A DNA stretch of 29,751 bases from NCBI GenBank assembly GCA_024626585.2, contig JANKJI020000002.1, positions 247,763,471-247,793,221 on the forward strand, in the 5' to 3' direction. Below, one piece after another: positions 1 through 11,300 of the stretch (the first letter of the stretch is position 1; each line of letters begins with the position of its first letter). This stretch comes from Ginkgo biloba (taxonomy: Eukaryota > Plantae > Ginkgophyta). Both the position numbers and the translations under genes were made by a program. The notes under the pieces are model-generated. The model worked only from the letters and a program-made list of their open reading frames with translations. It was not told where the DNA came from and made no database searches.

Positions 1-600
1 AGAATGAGTCCACTTGACCTTATTCTCAATATTAAGTATATAATTATACACTTTTTCCAATGCATACAAGTACTCACTTGGAAGTAACTTCAACTCCTAT
101 TGATAGAGGAATAATAATCCACCAATAAATTTGAGTTCTAGAGTAGCCTCATCCTCAATAACATCAAGTTGAATACTAAGTTTATGAAATGCATCAATGT
201 AGTATTAGAATAACCATATAGACACCTAACACAAGTTTTACTAATGCTTCACCAATTGTTGCTTATGATCTATGGGATAGTTTATTTTATGAATTTTCTC
301 CTTCATGTCATCCCATAAAAAAATTAGAGCCAAAATAGCTTTGACTCTCTTAGAACAAATATAATCCCACCCAATTAAATTATGCTTTGTTATATTTAAC
401 TTGGCATATTGGCACATATGATCATATGTAAAAACTTGAGACTTAAAATAAAATTCTAAATATTAGATCCATGCATTCACTTTGTCTGCATTAATGCATC
501 TATCAAAAGGAACTGACTTGATCTTCATCTTAATTTGAATAAAGGATTTATAGTGGATGAAGAATATGTGGTTGAAGAACCACCACCAAAATTTTGTGAA
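1..600 (-). pseudogene. gag: Degenerate Ty3/gypsy gag (Retrotrans_gag-like), running off the left edge of the window
   Basis: Minus-strand translation from 528: MKIKSVPFDRCINADKVNAWI*YLEFYF...YAKLNITKHNLIGWDY...LWDDMKEKI...YPIDHKQQL...YYIDAFHKLSIQLDVIEDEATLELKFIGGL. This fits the plant gypsy gag pattern FDG..NA..L..W...LE.YF / A.LK...WW / W..MK / Y...F..L / KF..GL. Several in-frame stops. Confidence 0.8.
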
Positions 601-976
601 NNNNNNNNNNTCACACTTTGAATCTTTGATGTGAGGAATGCAATTTGTTGTTTCATCATATCAACCTCCTCTTAATATGCTTTATTGGTCATGATATATA
701 GTAAAAAATTATACAATATCATATTTGTTCAAGAATTTGCAGAGGATTACTATGTCTATGCATACACTTTAGTGAATATTACATTGGTGAATGATCAAGA
801 AGTGTGCAATAATATTGTATAAACATGGTTATACAGTATAGACTAGAACATGTTGAAACCTTGATACGATAGAAAAAAAAAATATTAAGATGTACTCTAC
901 TACATGAAACTCAAGAAATAATTGGTACTAATCTTGTAACTTGTATACAATAAAATAAAATATTAGAGATTAAATT

Positions 977-990
977 GAGTTCTAATACAA
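977..990 (-). promoter_or_regulatory. Possible eroded tRNA-Met primer binding site of the minus-strand gag element; 5' LTR probably lies to the right (~993-1850)
   Basis: Plus strand GAGTTCTAATACAA versus expected GAGCTCTGATACCA (3 mismatches). It is on the right strand and upstream of the gag remnant. LTR ends are not resolved. Confidence 0.35.
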
Positions 991-1849
991 ATTAGTATGA
1001 TTCTGGAGGTGCTAGTAACTGAATAATAACTGGAAAATAATGAATCAATAGAATACTTGAAAATGATCCAAGGGTCACTCAAGATGGATAATATATCCCA
1101 AGTATGAACACTTGATAGAAAAATCCCTGTTAATGAGTACTACAAGGACTATTCAAATATGTGATAAAGTCTCCTTGAATATTATGAGGATTTGATGAAG
1201 AGAGGACAATGATATTCCACACACTTGAACTTTCTCTATCAAAACTTTATGCACACTTGAAGAATGAATTCAATTAATAGAAATAATTAATCACTCTTTG
1301 CAATATTTATCCAAGAATAATCATCAAATTATTATATTAAAAAGGTGTTTATAATGAATATATATGTGGTACTCTCTTAGCCTACTCATGGATCAAGCTA
1401 GTAATAAATACAATGGTTAATAATACCTCATGCAACTCAAATGCACTAAGTCTAATAACCATTGCTGAGAAAGGATACACCAATAATAAAAATCATGCAC
1501 TCTCTCTATCAACCAATTATGGAAAAAGGACATACAATTAATTTCCACTCATAAAATAGACTATACTAAATTGATCTATTTATAATATGAGAGATTTATA
1601 CTATGAGAGTTATTTTGTATACTCACATAATTAATAACTCTTAACTAAATTCATAATGTGGTCTTAGTTACATAATTATTATTATAAAATGAAGTGATTA
1701 ATGAAACATTATAATAAACCAATAATGTAAAGTGATCAAATGTAAAGTGTTCAATTAATACAAAAAATTAAAACACTTTAATCAAATATTGATGTATAGT
1801 TCTTTAAGATACACAAAGACTAAATCATGACATATTAGTTATATAAATC

Positions 1850-4800
1850 AGTGCCCATTTGGTTAAAATTCCCCAAAATTCTTAGAGTGGGAGGTAGAGG
1901 AACGATTTGGGTATTTAAGACTTTTATTATTTGGAATGACATAGTTATTTTTGACGGGTAAGGACTCAATGTTTCAAATGGGTTAATAGATTGATGATGT
2001 GGGTTTATGGGTTCTAGAGTCCTATGTGTATTAGACTAAAATTTTTTGTATTTAATATGGTCTTTATACTTAGCATTGGAGGAGTGAGGGTTAGGATGGC
2101 CCTAGTGGTTATGATATAAATTTCTATATATCAAGACATTTGTCTCCCAATTTTTAGTATTAGGAGGAACATATGGAGGTTCATTAGTCAATTTATGATC
2201 AAATAGTATTTCATGTTGAGGTGAAATAGGGTTAGATTCTAGAATAGGCCTTTAATACCTAATCAGGGTATTATATTCAGGGGGGAGACCTTATTTCCTC
2301 TAAGAGTAACAAACCCAATGTTGTTGTGGGTTAAAATATGGATGAGCCTTTGTAGAAAATTCAAAAGATGAAATTAAAAAAAAATAAATAAAGAAATAAA
2401 TATAAGGGGTTTAAGGACCTCAGGATAGGATAAAGGGGGATTTTAAGACCCCTAAATGAGAGGGGGTTTTAAGAGTCCAAAGTGACCCAAAGGATGATCA
2501 AGATAATGGATGGTAATTTTAAATATAAAGTGGCTTAACTTAAGGCTCTCATAGATTTCAAACAAGTAACTTATGATAATCATCACTTATTTGATCCTTA
2601 TGAGATGTGAGAAAGAACCTAAGTTTTAAGGATACCTCACTCAAAATTAAGGAACTACACTTTTGAGGTGGTCTCCTCAAATGTGTTTTATGACCTAGTT
2701 ATAAACCCCTACTATAAACTGGGGTGAAATCCATAAGGACTTGGAAAAAATTAAGAGTCTAGTTCCCTTTAGAATAGTGAGGACCCCTATGGACCTCCTA
2801 ATCACAAAATAAAACCTAGAGGATGTGCATAGAGTCATCCCATGTCATTAGGTAGAGGTAACAAAGTTTTAATTTTCTAATTGTAGTTCACACAAGGCCC
2901 TAAGAATCACCCTAGGAAGTAAGGGTTCCTAATAATCCCTTTGGAATTTGTTGATTGGGGTCCTACAAGGGACACAAATAATACCTAACAATACTTTTTT
3001 CCATCGATATTCACTGTCATTTGGCTAGGAAAAAAGAATCAAAGGGGGACTTTAGAACATAATATAATGTCCAGTCTAAAAAAAAGGGTTTGGCAACAAT
3101 CACCTAAGACCTACTCGAGGACCTATCTAGGAGGAAAGGGGAAGTGAGAGATCTAGAAGGAGTACTATGATTCATAATCCATAGTGGTATCACCAAAATA
3201 TACACTAAGGAGAAAATAAATCCTTCCCAACTTGATCATAATATGATCAACCCAAAATCTAGGAGGTGCAAGGCTTCCCCTTGATGTACCTTCATATGGA
3301 ATAACTTCTTGTTTAATCATGTGTGCATATGAATCATATATGCTTATGTAAAAAAATTAAGTAAGATGTCAATTCATAACTATTTCTAACACATACTTCT
3401 AAAAACAAACATGTACATTATGCACATAGGTAACCCATTCGTATGATATTCCATATTAAGCCTAAAATATGCACCCAAACCCTCGATAGTATGCTGATGT
3501 ACAATAATATATCATTCAAGGTTCCACCCTTTTATTTCCCAATTGGATGTGTGCAATATGGATGTAGGTTTAGGTTACTTCCTTCTTTAAAAAAGAGGCA
3601 AATAAGAGGCTTTCATATAAAAGGAGGATTTACAGCATAAATCCCCACTGGAGGGCTTAAGATGTTATGGAAGTCTCAAACAAGCATAATAGATTGGATA
3701 TTCAAGAGATAATCTAGATGGTATTATATGTTTGATATAGGTATGTGGGTGAAATATGAGTGTATGAGATTACTACTTCCTAGTATGATATGCAATTAGA
3801 AAGAAAGAGGAAGAAAATGATGTAAATAACTTCCTAACCACTAAATTATCATGAAAATAAGAAAGATATTCTTTCTACCACGACGAAGATACCCTTTAGA
3901 ATGATTAATATTCATACTAATAATTTATATATTCTCAAATAGGGTTAGAGGGTAATTGCACCCCACACAACTTTAATTGGTGGCAAATATTTGTATAATA
4001 AGATGTAGCTAGAGGTCCAAAAGGACCTAATCAAATATCATATGTAATTTGTATGAAAAATTAGATATGATCTCGAAGGTTTTGTAGGATATTGGAACCT
4101 TTAATATATATATGAATATAAGGACAAGTGATCCCAATGACTGACCAAAAGGGAAAGAAAAGTAGAAATTCCTAATTCTTTAACTAAATATATTTTAGTT
4201 ATTTAATTAAGGAATTAGACTAGATTGATCATTTTTCTTTTTAGATCTAAATTAAGAAAAAAAAGAATAAAGAGAAGTCATAATCACCTATGCAAAATAT
4301 TAAAAAAGGTGAGTTGGTATACTCTATTTGCTTAGCCTTTGCATCTCCTATAGCTTCCAATTTCCTTCCAACCTTGTTTCGAGCCATACCTATCTGAATA
4401 GGGGAAACAATTATAATGAGACAACTTTGTATTAAGAATGGTATAAAGAATATTAGTTACAACCTTTAAATAAATGGACATCCTAGTTATAGATTTGCTT
4501 AAGATCCAAAAAAGATGGAAAATCATGGAATGTACAAAAGAATAATGGAAAGAGGTTAGCAATGGGAAACATGACAACCTAGGATACAAATGATAAAGTT
4601 AATGATTTGGCAGCATAAATTTTCTCTCTCTAGTATCCCCCTTTGTTATCCAAATAAATCCCTATTTATAGGGATATGGTTAGGTCCAATCCTAAATATA
4701 GGATAATAATATAAAATACACCTGAAGGCTTCCATCCAATCAAATTGGTTAGGTTGAGCCAATTAATACTGACCCAAAATTCATTGGGAATAGGAATAAC

Positions 4801-5280
4801 TTCCTAGTTTTTACTTTTTAATTTTTTTAAACTAGATCTTATGCACATTGTTGATTTACATACAATTGTAGAGGATAGATGTCTAATTGTGCATAATTGA
4901 GTGGCTAACCACTCAATAGTATGCTAAAAGGCAATGTAAGTATTTTACAACTAAAAACACTATTTAAGTGGAAGAAAAAGAGGTAAGGTTTTATTTGGAT
5001 GGATTTGAATGTTAAAGAGGCTCAGGATGTTGTAAAACTTTATCAAAACCTAGTAAGAAGGACAAAGACTTGCATAGAGATAGAGTCAAGTATCTCATTT
5101 TATTAATTATGGATAAAAGAATGACATGAAAGGTGCTTGAAGGTCTTATTATTTCATAATTAGTCGTAAGCTACCCCTTGATGCTATTTTAAGAGTCACA
5201 AGTGATCTCTCATTATATAAGGTGATATAGAAACCCCCATTTTATATTATAAAGTGTACCTTCTTTAGTGGTTCCATAAC
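1850..5280. mobile_element. Non-coding TE-derived DNA (probable LTR/UTR remnants), family unresolved
   Basis: No recognisable protein motifs. Degenerate short repeats (2405-2478), a reverse TATA-like CCTATTTATAGG (~4661-4672), and position between two retroelement gag remnants. Confidence 0.3.
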
Positions 5281-5377
5281 CATTGGTGACATTTTCACAA
5301 CCCCTTCCTCGTACTTCATCTAATTATTCTCCTAATATCATACCTCCTTCTATTGCAAATCTAACTTTAGGACTGAA

Positions 5378-6030
5378 TCCTTTTCAAGCTGATTCTGAAG
5401 CATAAATAAATCATTTGATGCCAAGATGAATGCAAAGTCACTTAAAACATGGAGTCAAGCCTTGGAGGTATACTATTACTACTAGGTTTATATAGATATG
5501 CAAAAGATTATCCTGTCTCATGTGAAAATATTTCAAAAAGTACTCTTATGGTGGGAGTCATATTAAAGGAAATGTAAGAAGGAAAACATGCCTCCTATCT
5601 TATCATGGATATATTTTAAGAAGTATTTTATGATATGCAGATTAACTTTATCTCAAGTCAACACCTTTTTCAAAAAGCAGTCCAATCACTTAAGGACTAT
5701 TATGAGGAGTATCATGATCTTTCCATAAATTTTGAGATAAGGTACCCCAAGGAACAAATGGTGATTAAGTTTATTAATGGATATATAATTAGATTTTCCA
5801 TGAGGTTGATCTCTATCCTTTCCATTATATATAGGAATCCTACATGTTTTATTTCGAGCTCAAACCATAAAAGAAGAATCCTTAAGCCTTTTAAGGGAAG
5901 TGAAAGAAGAAAAAAACTTATTCTCCTTCATCTTATTTTAACAATATATAGAGAGAAAAAGTTTTGATCATAATAAGAGGTGTGGGTACCATAGGAAAAT
6001 AGGACATGATTAAGAGATTACTTCAAATGA
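5378..6030 (+). pseudogene. gag: Degenerate Ty3/gypsy gag with eroded zinc knuckle
   Basis: Translates SFDAKMNAKSLKTWSQALEVYY...QKIILSHVK...VLLWWESY...PPILSWIYFKK, then ORF 5635-5967 (QSLKDYYEEYHDL...EQMVIKFING), then RCGYHRKIGHD as a CCHC remnant at ~5978-6010. Confidence 0.85.
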
Positions 6031-6099
6031 GACCCATAAAAGGCACCCAATACTCCACATTAGAGAAAGAAAAAAGGTAAGAGGAACATTCCTAAAGTA

Positions 6100-6261
6100 T
6101 CCATTATTGTAGATGAGCCAAATATTTAAATAAAACTAGTCAACACTAAGGATAATGGTAGGGAGAAATAGAATCTTTTTACTATTATTTTAGATGAACC
6201 AAATATTTCAACAATAGTAGTCAACACTCAAGATAATGGTAGGGAGAGATAGAATATTTTT
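6100..6261 (+). repeat. 81-bp tandem duplication (2 copies) between gag and protease
   Basis: 6100-6180 aligns to 6181-6261 without gaps (TAGATGARCCAAATATTT...TAGTCAACACT...GATAATGGTAGGGAGARATAGAAT), with scattered substitutions. Confidence 0.9.
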
Positions 6262-6620
6262 ATTTTAAATATTTAAGTGAAAGATAAGGTGGTTTCAATT
6301 ACCTTATATAGTGGGAGCTAGAAGAATTTAGTAATTGCATCCACAGTGAAATATTTAGAGCTAGAGTTGCATAATCATTGAAACCCATACGAGATTAGTG
6401 GTAGGGTCAAGGATGATAATGACCAAGTCACCCAGTAGTATACCTTTAAGTTAACCAACACCAAATAATATGTGGAAAAAATAGCTTGTGATGTGGTGCT
6501 TATGGATTTTTATTAAGTGTTCCTTGGTATTCCATTTATGAATGATAGAAATGATAGAATCACCCCTTATCAAGGGAAGTGTGAGTTGTATAAATATGAC
6601 AAACCCACCATTATCATATT
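6250..6620 (+). pseudogene. Degenerate retropepsin (aspartic protease) of the gypsy element
   Basis: NIFILNI*VKDKVVSITLYSGS*KNLV...TVKYLEL...PYEI...IACDVVLMDFY*VFLGIPF. The catalytic DSG is mutated to YSG; CDVVPMD...LG.P motif recognisable. Confidence 0.8.
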
Positions 6621-6819
6621 TGTTCTTATATCTAAGAATATTATTGTAGTTAATAACTAATAATCTAAAGGATTATTACAAGATTATTAAAAAATTTATT
6701 TTGATTATTCTTAGGGGGAATAATTATTCAAGTTTTGAGACTCATAGATAGTTGAAAAGAAACTATATATGATGTTAAACAATAACATCAAATGATTATT
6801 GTTTTTTTTCGAGTCTGGT

Positions 6820-7863
6820 GATGTCTTTAGATTTACACATGGATGTCCTCTTAAAAGGGATACATCTCATGCTATATAATTACTTCCAAGTGTACCTTTT
6901 CCCAATGGATCACTCTACCACAAGTCAATAATAGAATATGAGGACATCAAAAGCCAATTAGAGGAATTTTTAGAAAAGGGACATATTAGTCTCGATGCCT
7001 CTCTATATGGCTCTCCAATTATATTAGCACCAAATAAGGATGGAAAATGGAATATGTGCATAGAATATGAGGTCATCAATAAAATTGAAATGAAGAAAAT
7101 GTACCCTTTACATTTCACTAATGATGTTTTAGATTGAATTTAGGGAGCTAGGTACTTTAGTAAAATAGAATTGAAGTCTGATTACCACTAGATAAAAATC
7201 AAGGAATAAGATACTCAAAAGACTACTTCAAAGATAAAGAAGGGGATCTATGGCTAGACTAATCAATGCACTTTCTACTTTTATAAAGTTGATTAATGAT
7301 GTTTGTTGATCCATTTTAGATTCTTTTGTGTTAGTCTATGTTGATGATATATTAAATTTTAGTTGCATGTGAGAGGAATATATTAAGAAATTATAATAGG
7401 TTATTTATTAGTTGTGAGATCATGCATTACAGACTAAGAAGGAGAAGTGTCCCTTCACCATGCACAACATATCATACTTTGGGTTCATGATTAATGAAAA
7501 TGATTTTTTAGTAGATATTATAAAAAATGAGGTATTAAGGGATTAAATTCAACCCATATAATTTCTATAACTTCTTTGGATTAACAAACTTATGTTGGAA
7601 GTTTGTGTAAGTTTTTTTGTAGATAGCATCACCTTTTCATCTTCTTAAAATAATGCCTTCACATGGGGAAAGGAGCAATAAGATGCTTTTAACTTGCTTA
7701 AGTTTAAACTCTTCCACACACTAGTTTTGGTGATGCCAAATTTATAGTTATCTTTTGGAGTTTAGATAAATTATTTGGGCTATACCATTGGGTTGGTACT
7801 TACATAGCTAGCAAAACTAATTACCTACAGTTTTGAGTATTATACAAATATAGTGTAGAGGTA
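6820..7863 (+). pseudogene. pol: Degenerate Ty3/gypsy reverse transcriptase and N-terminal RNase H, interrupted at 7863
   Basis: GCPLKRDTSHAI*LLP...IKSQLEEFLEKGHI...SLYGSPIILAPNKDGKWNMCIEY..INKI..K.MYPL...GARYFSKIELKSDYH*I...FVLVYVDDIL (YVDD 7337-7348)...AFTWGKEQ*DAFNLLK...VLVMPN...GYTIGLVL. Domain order PR-RT-RH identifies it as gypsy. Confidence 0.93.
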
Positions 7864-8154
7864 TGTTGGACTGTGGACTCTTAATATATCATGCAATGTC
7901 ACCTAACTATTGTATTAGTGTATAATGAGGTAAGAGGTTGGTAGTTGGGATATCCAATGACCTTCACCACTTATATATGCATATGTATGATGATTCATAT
8001 TGGATCATCAAAAAAATTGGATATGAACTCAATAGGTAAGATTAGTTTCTCTAGAATTTTAAAATAGTCATATTTGAAGAAAACATTAAAAAAATACATA
8101 TAGTTTCATAATATTATCAATGAAGGTAAGTTTTATCCTTTTTTTTTATCTTCA
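7864..8154 (+). mobile_element. 5' LTR (~290 bp) of an element nested inside the gypsy RNase H
   Basis: Starts TGTTGG exactly where pol homology stops, contains a TATATATG box (~7972), ends CA at 8153-8154, and is followed 3 nt later by a PBS. Confidence 0.7.
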
Positions 8155-8157
8155 AAT

Positions 8158-8170
8158 TGGTACCAAGAGT
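8158..8170 (+). promoter_or_regulatory. tRNA-Met-type primer binding site (degenerate)
   Basis: TGGTACCAAGAGT versus canonical TGGTATCA(A)GAGC, directly after CA-aat. Confidence 0.65.
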
Positions 8171-8262
8171 GCATAAAATGAAGCTATAGTTGAAACTTTA
8201 TAGTCATTTTAGTGACTATATGTCCTTACGGGTTTACAAACTGGAAGATAACAAACTAGTCA

Positions 8263-8350
8263 TACCAGTCACTAAGTGACTAGAAACTTAACCTACCAAT
8301 CACTAAGTGAATGGAAACTTAACCTACCAGTCACTAACCAACTAGGAACC
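8263..8350 (+). repeat. 31-bp tandem repeat (~2.5 copies) with palindromic core in the 5' leader of the nested element
   Basis: TACCAGTCACTAAGTGACTAGAAACTTAACC at 8263, a variant at 8294 and a partial copy at 8325. The core AGTCACT-A-AGTGACT is an inverted repeat. Confidence 0.85.
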
Positions 8351-10699
8351 AATCGACTTACAGGAAAATGAATAAACTCAATCTAATGATATTTTGACCA
8401 TAACTTGGTCATAAAAAGTCAGATTACAACGAAATTTAGAATGTAGTTGTAGAATACCAAAACTCTTAAGCTATCCAAAATTTAGGTCAAGAAAATTTTA
8501 TTTACCCCTTAAAATTTTTTTAATTAGATCTTGAGTTTCCAACATATTGGGGATTTGGAGAAAAGGCATCAAGTGCATCCCTTCAATCACTTGAACCTTT
8601 GCAATCATCGATGTGTCTCTCTAACAACCTTCCATATCCTATCATTCAATAATTTATTTTATCAAACTTGCACTAAAAGAACTATATACTTCCATTAATA
8701 TTAAACATGTGCCTACTAAAAGCCAAAAAATCCCCCCCCAACATTGTTTCACTATGGATATCATAATTCTATATAAGCAGCCATGATGGTACTTTATGCA
8801 CAAAACTTTTGAATAATAAAGTTATATTTAACAAGGATTTCATCGATATTAATTATTGTTCTATATAAAATCTTGGATGGCACCCATTATGTTGTTTAAT
8901 TGAATATCATTTCCACCATTGTTATCGTATTGTATTATATTATTTATTTTGTTGTCTTACATATTTTTTAGCTTCTTACATTTTATTGTTATTTGTTATT
9001 ACTATTGCTATTTTATTTTATTTTATTTATAATTTCTTTATTATTATTTTTATCCCCCCAACAACACCATTTATTTTCTAAATTTTCATGACTTATTTGT
9101 TATTTCATATTCTTTCATATTGATACATATCAAAAAGCTATAGAATTTTCTTATCTCTATATGCCTAATATCTAAGATGATATATTGCATCTTTCTCATT
9201 ATTCCATTTCACTATAGCTTCAAATATTGTCTTTATTCATAGTTCCCACTCAAAATAGTTATATTCACTTTATTTGAATCCATTTATTATTTGCAACCCA
9301 AATCATACCATTCTATGTATACCCTCCTCTTGATATTGTTTCATCTACAACATTCCACGTAGTTTTGTTTCCTAGACATTTCTTTATGAATTATTATAAA
9401 GAAACATATTGTTGTACATACTTATCTCCTTTAAATTTATGTTCTCATCAATATTTATGCCTTATTGTTCCAAATCACCATGTCTACCTCTTACTATTCT
9501 TACCCATTTATGGCATTATTATATTCTCTAAATCATCCTTGCAATCATTTATTACTACCAATACTTAATTTGTCATCATGTAGTTTCATGTTATATGTTA
9601 ATTTGTCGTTATTGGGAAAAACACATTACATATTATTATTTTTACTTACTTTCATCAAAATAATTGAAACGCATCCTTATACTTTCTGTTTCATCTTTAG
9701 AAACCTTTTTATCATTCATAAATCCTATATTTATGTTAATAGATTTTTCTTATTGATATATCTTAGTCAAAAAATAAATATCTAGGTATTATTAAATGGT
9801 TAGTATAAGTTCTTGAAAGATATTTTAAGGGGTTAATTATGAAGGTTCTAATGGAATCACCACTTGATTCACATTATAGAGAAAAAATAAACATATTTTC
9901 TCATTATGAACATTAAATATTATTCATATTTTTAGCATATAAGATCATGATTTTATTAGGACCATGTATAGTATCATATTATTTGGACTCATTAGCAATA
10001 ATATTAATCAACACGTTCATAAGAAGACATAGGTGGAGGATGGATTTCTCTTTTAAAATTTTGTGAATACGATAGTCCCTTTTGTAGATAATGCCATTAT
10101 TTTATCTTCTACTCTTTATGCACTATAAAGAAAATCAAATCTAGCTCTAATCTATTAGGAATGATATTTTGATGTTAACCTTAAGAAAATAATGTTATAT
10201 CTTCTAGTAATTTTAATGATATATCCAACCATATTAGATTGCATTATATTTATATAACAAATAGTTTACATTAGAATATAAATATGGCATTATACCTATT
10301 TAATATATATTCGAGTAGCTTTGTAATGTAATAGAGTACACTCTATTTTTATAATAGTTTTTTAGGTTTGTAATACTATTGCAAAGATTTGATTATGGTT
10401 GTTGTCAAGTTATTTTTTGGTAACAAGTTAAATGGATGGTAATTGTATTCCTACAAGTCATAATAATCCATGTTGTTATATAAGAATTTGTAGATGAATA
10501 TTTTATTATACATCTTTCTCCAAATTTAGTAATATAAATTTACTTTCAATAAAAATGAAAATAAAAGTTAACAATCCATCTTCTAGTTATTTTAGGGTTC
10601 ATTTAATAAGACCTGTCTTTAGCAAGTTCCTATGAGTTAAGAATCACATGTGAAAAGGTTACAACTCCCTTTCACCTATACAAAAGTAGTATGTTTTAG

Positions 10700-11300
10700 C
10701 TCCATTTTTAGGATATCCTCACCAAATGACAATTGTTGAATTCCATTATAAGGGCTCTTATTCTTATGGGTTAGATATTTAGGGATAAAACTTATTATGA
10801 TAAAATTTTATAAGGTTTAGGAGTCCACAATCTTATATTTATGCAAAGTATTTTCAAGATAAAATTTGTCACCCTTCCTATAATATACATTTATATTCTT
10901 GGCCTCCAACTTCTACTAGGTAACTTTTTCATGGAATCTTGGATGTTTGAAAGTTTTACAGAGCTCATTGGCTTCTCCACTGCATCCATCCTTACCCAAT
11001 CAACTTCAACTTCCTTTTAAACTAGTTTATGCAAGGCATCACTATATGTTGTGGATAACAAAGGCACTACACTTTGCATTGTCATCGCTAGCAATTTGGA
11101 CTCCTTAGGATAAATTATGCGCTCTCCATAAACAATCCTTGCTGCTTTAAGCTTGCATGACCTCTTTCTACAACTCTATAATGTTTTGCTTGGAATTCAC
11201 ATTCAATGGCAACGAAAGCATTATGTAAGCACACATACAAACTACCTATGCTCAACCCTTCAATAGTGATATTCGTCGAACTATTTAATTAAACACTAGA
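10700..11300 (+). pseudogene. Possible extremely eroded copia-type pol remnants
   Basis: Only faint, frame-shifted echoes of integrase motifs (P..QNG..ER, KVFG..Y..L....DK...LG) and late RT motifs. Lies downstream of the 8158 PBS on the same strand. Could be chance. Confidence 0.2.

Noticed and set aside
3642-3666. Ogre-type tRNA-Arg PBS on the minus strand (TCCCCACTGGAGGGCTTA...TGTT)
   Set aside because: Only 12 of 18 positions match TGGCGACTCCACTGGGGA and the essential TGG is missing; plausible but unsupported.
6915-7118. Antisense ORFs over RT and gag (also 16923-17105, 27347-27628)
   Set aside because: Short shadow frames of the retroelement coding strand.
8263-8350. Palindromic 31-bp repeats as CRISPR repeats
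   Set aside because: Units are directly tandem with no unique spacers.
9365-9785. Hydrophobic 67 and 106 aa ORFs (likewise 24570-24911) as membrane proteins
   Set aside because: F/L/I/Y/S richness follows from T-rich low-complexity DNA; no motifs and non-ATG starts.
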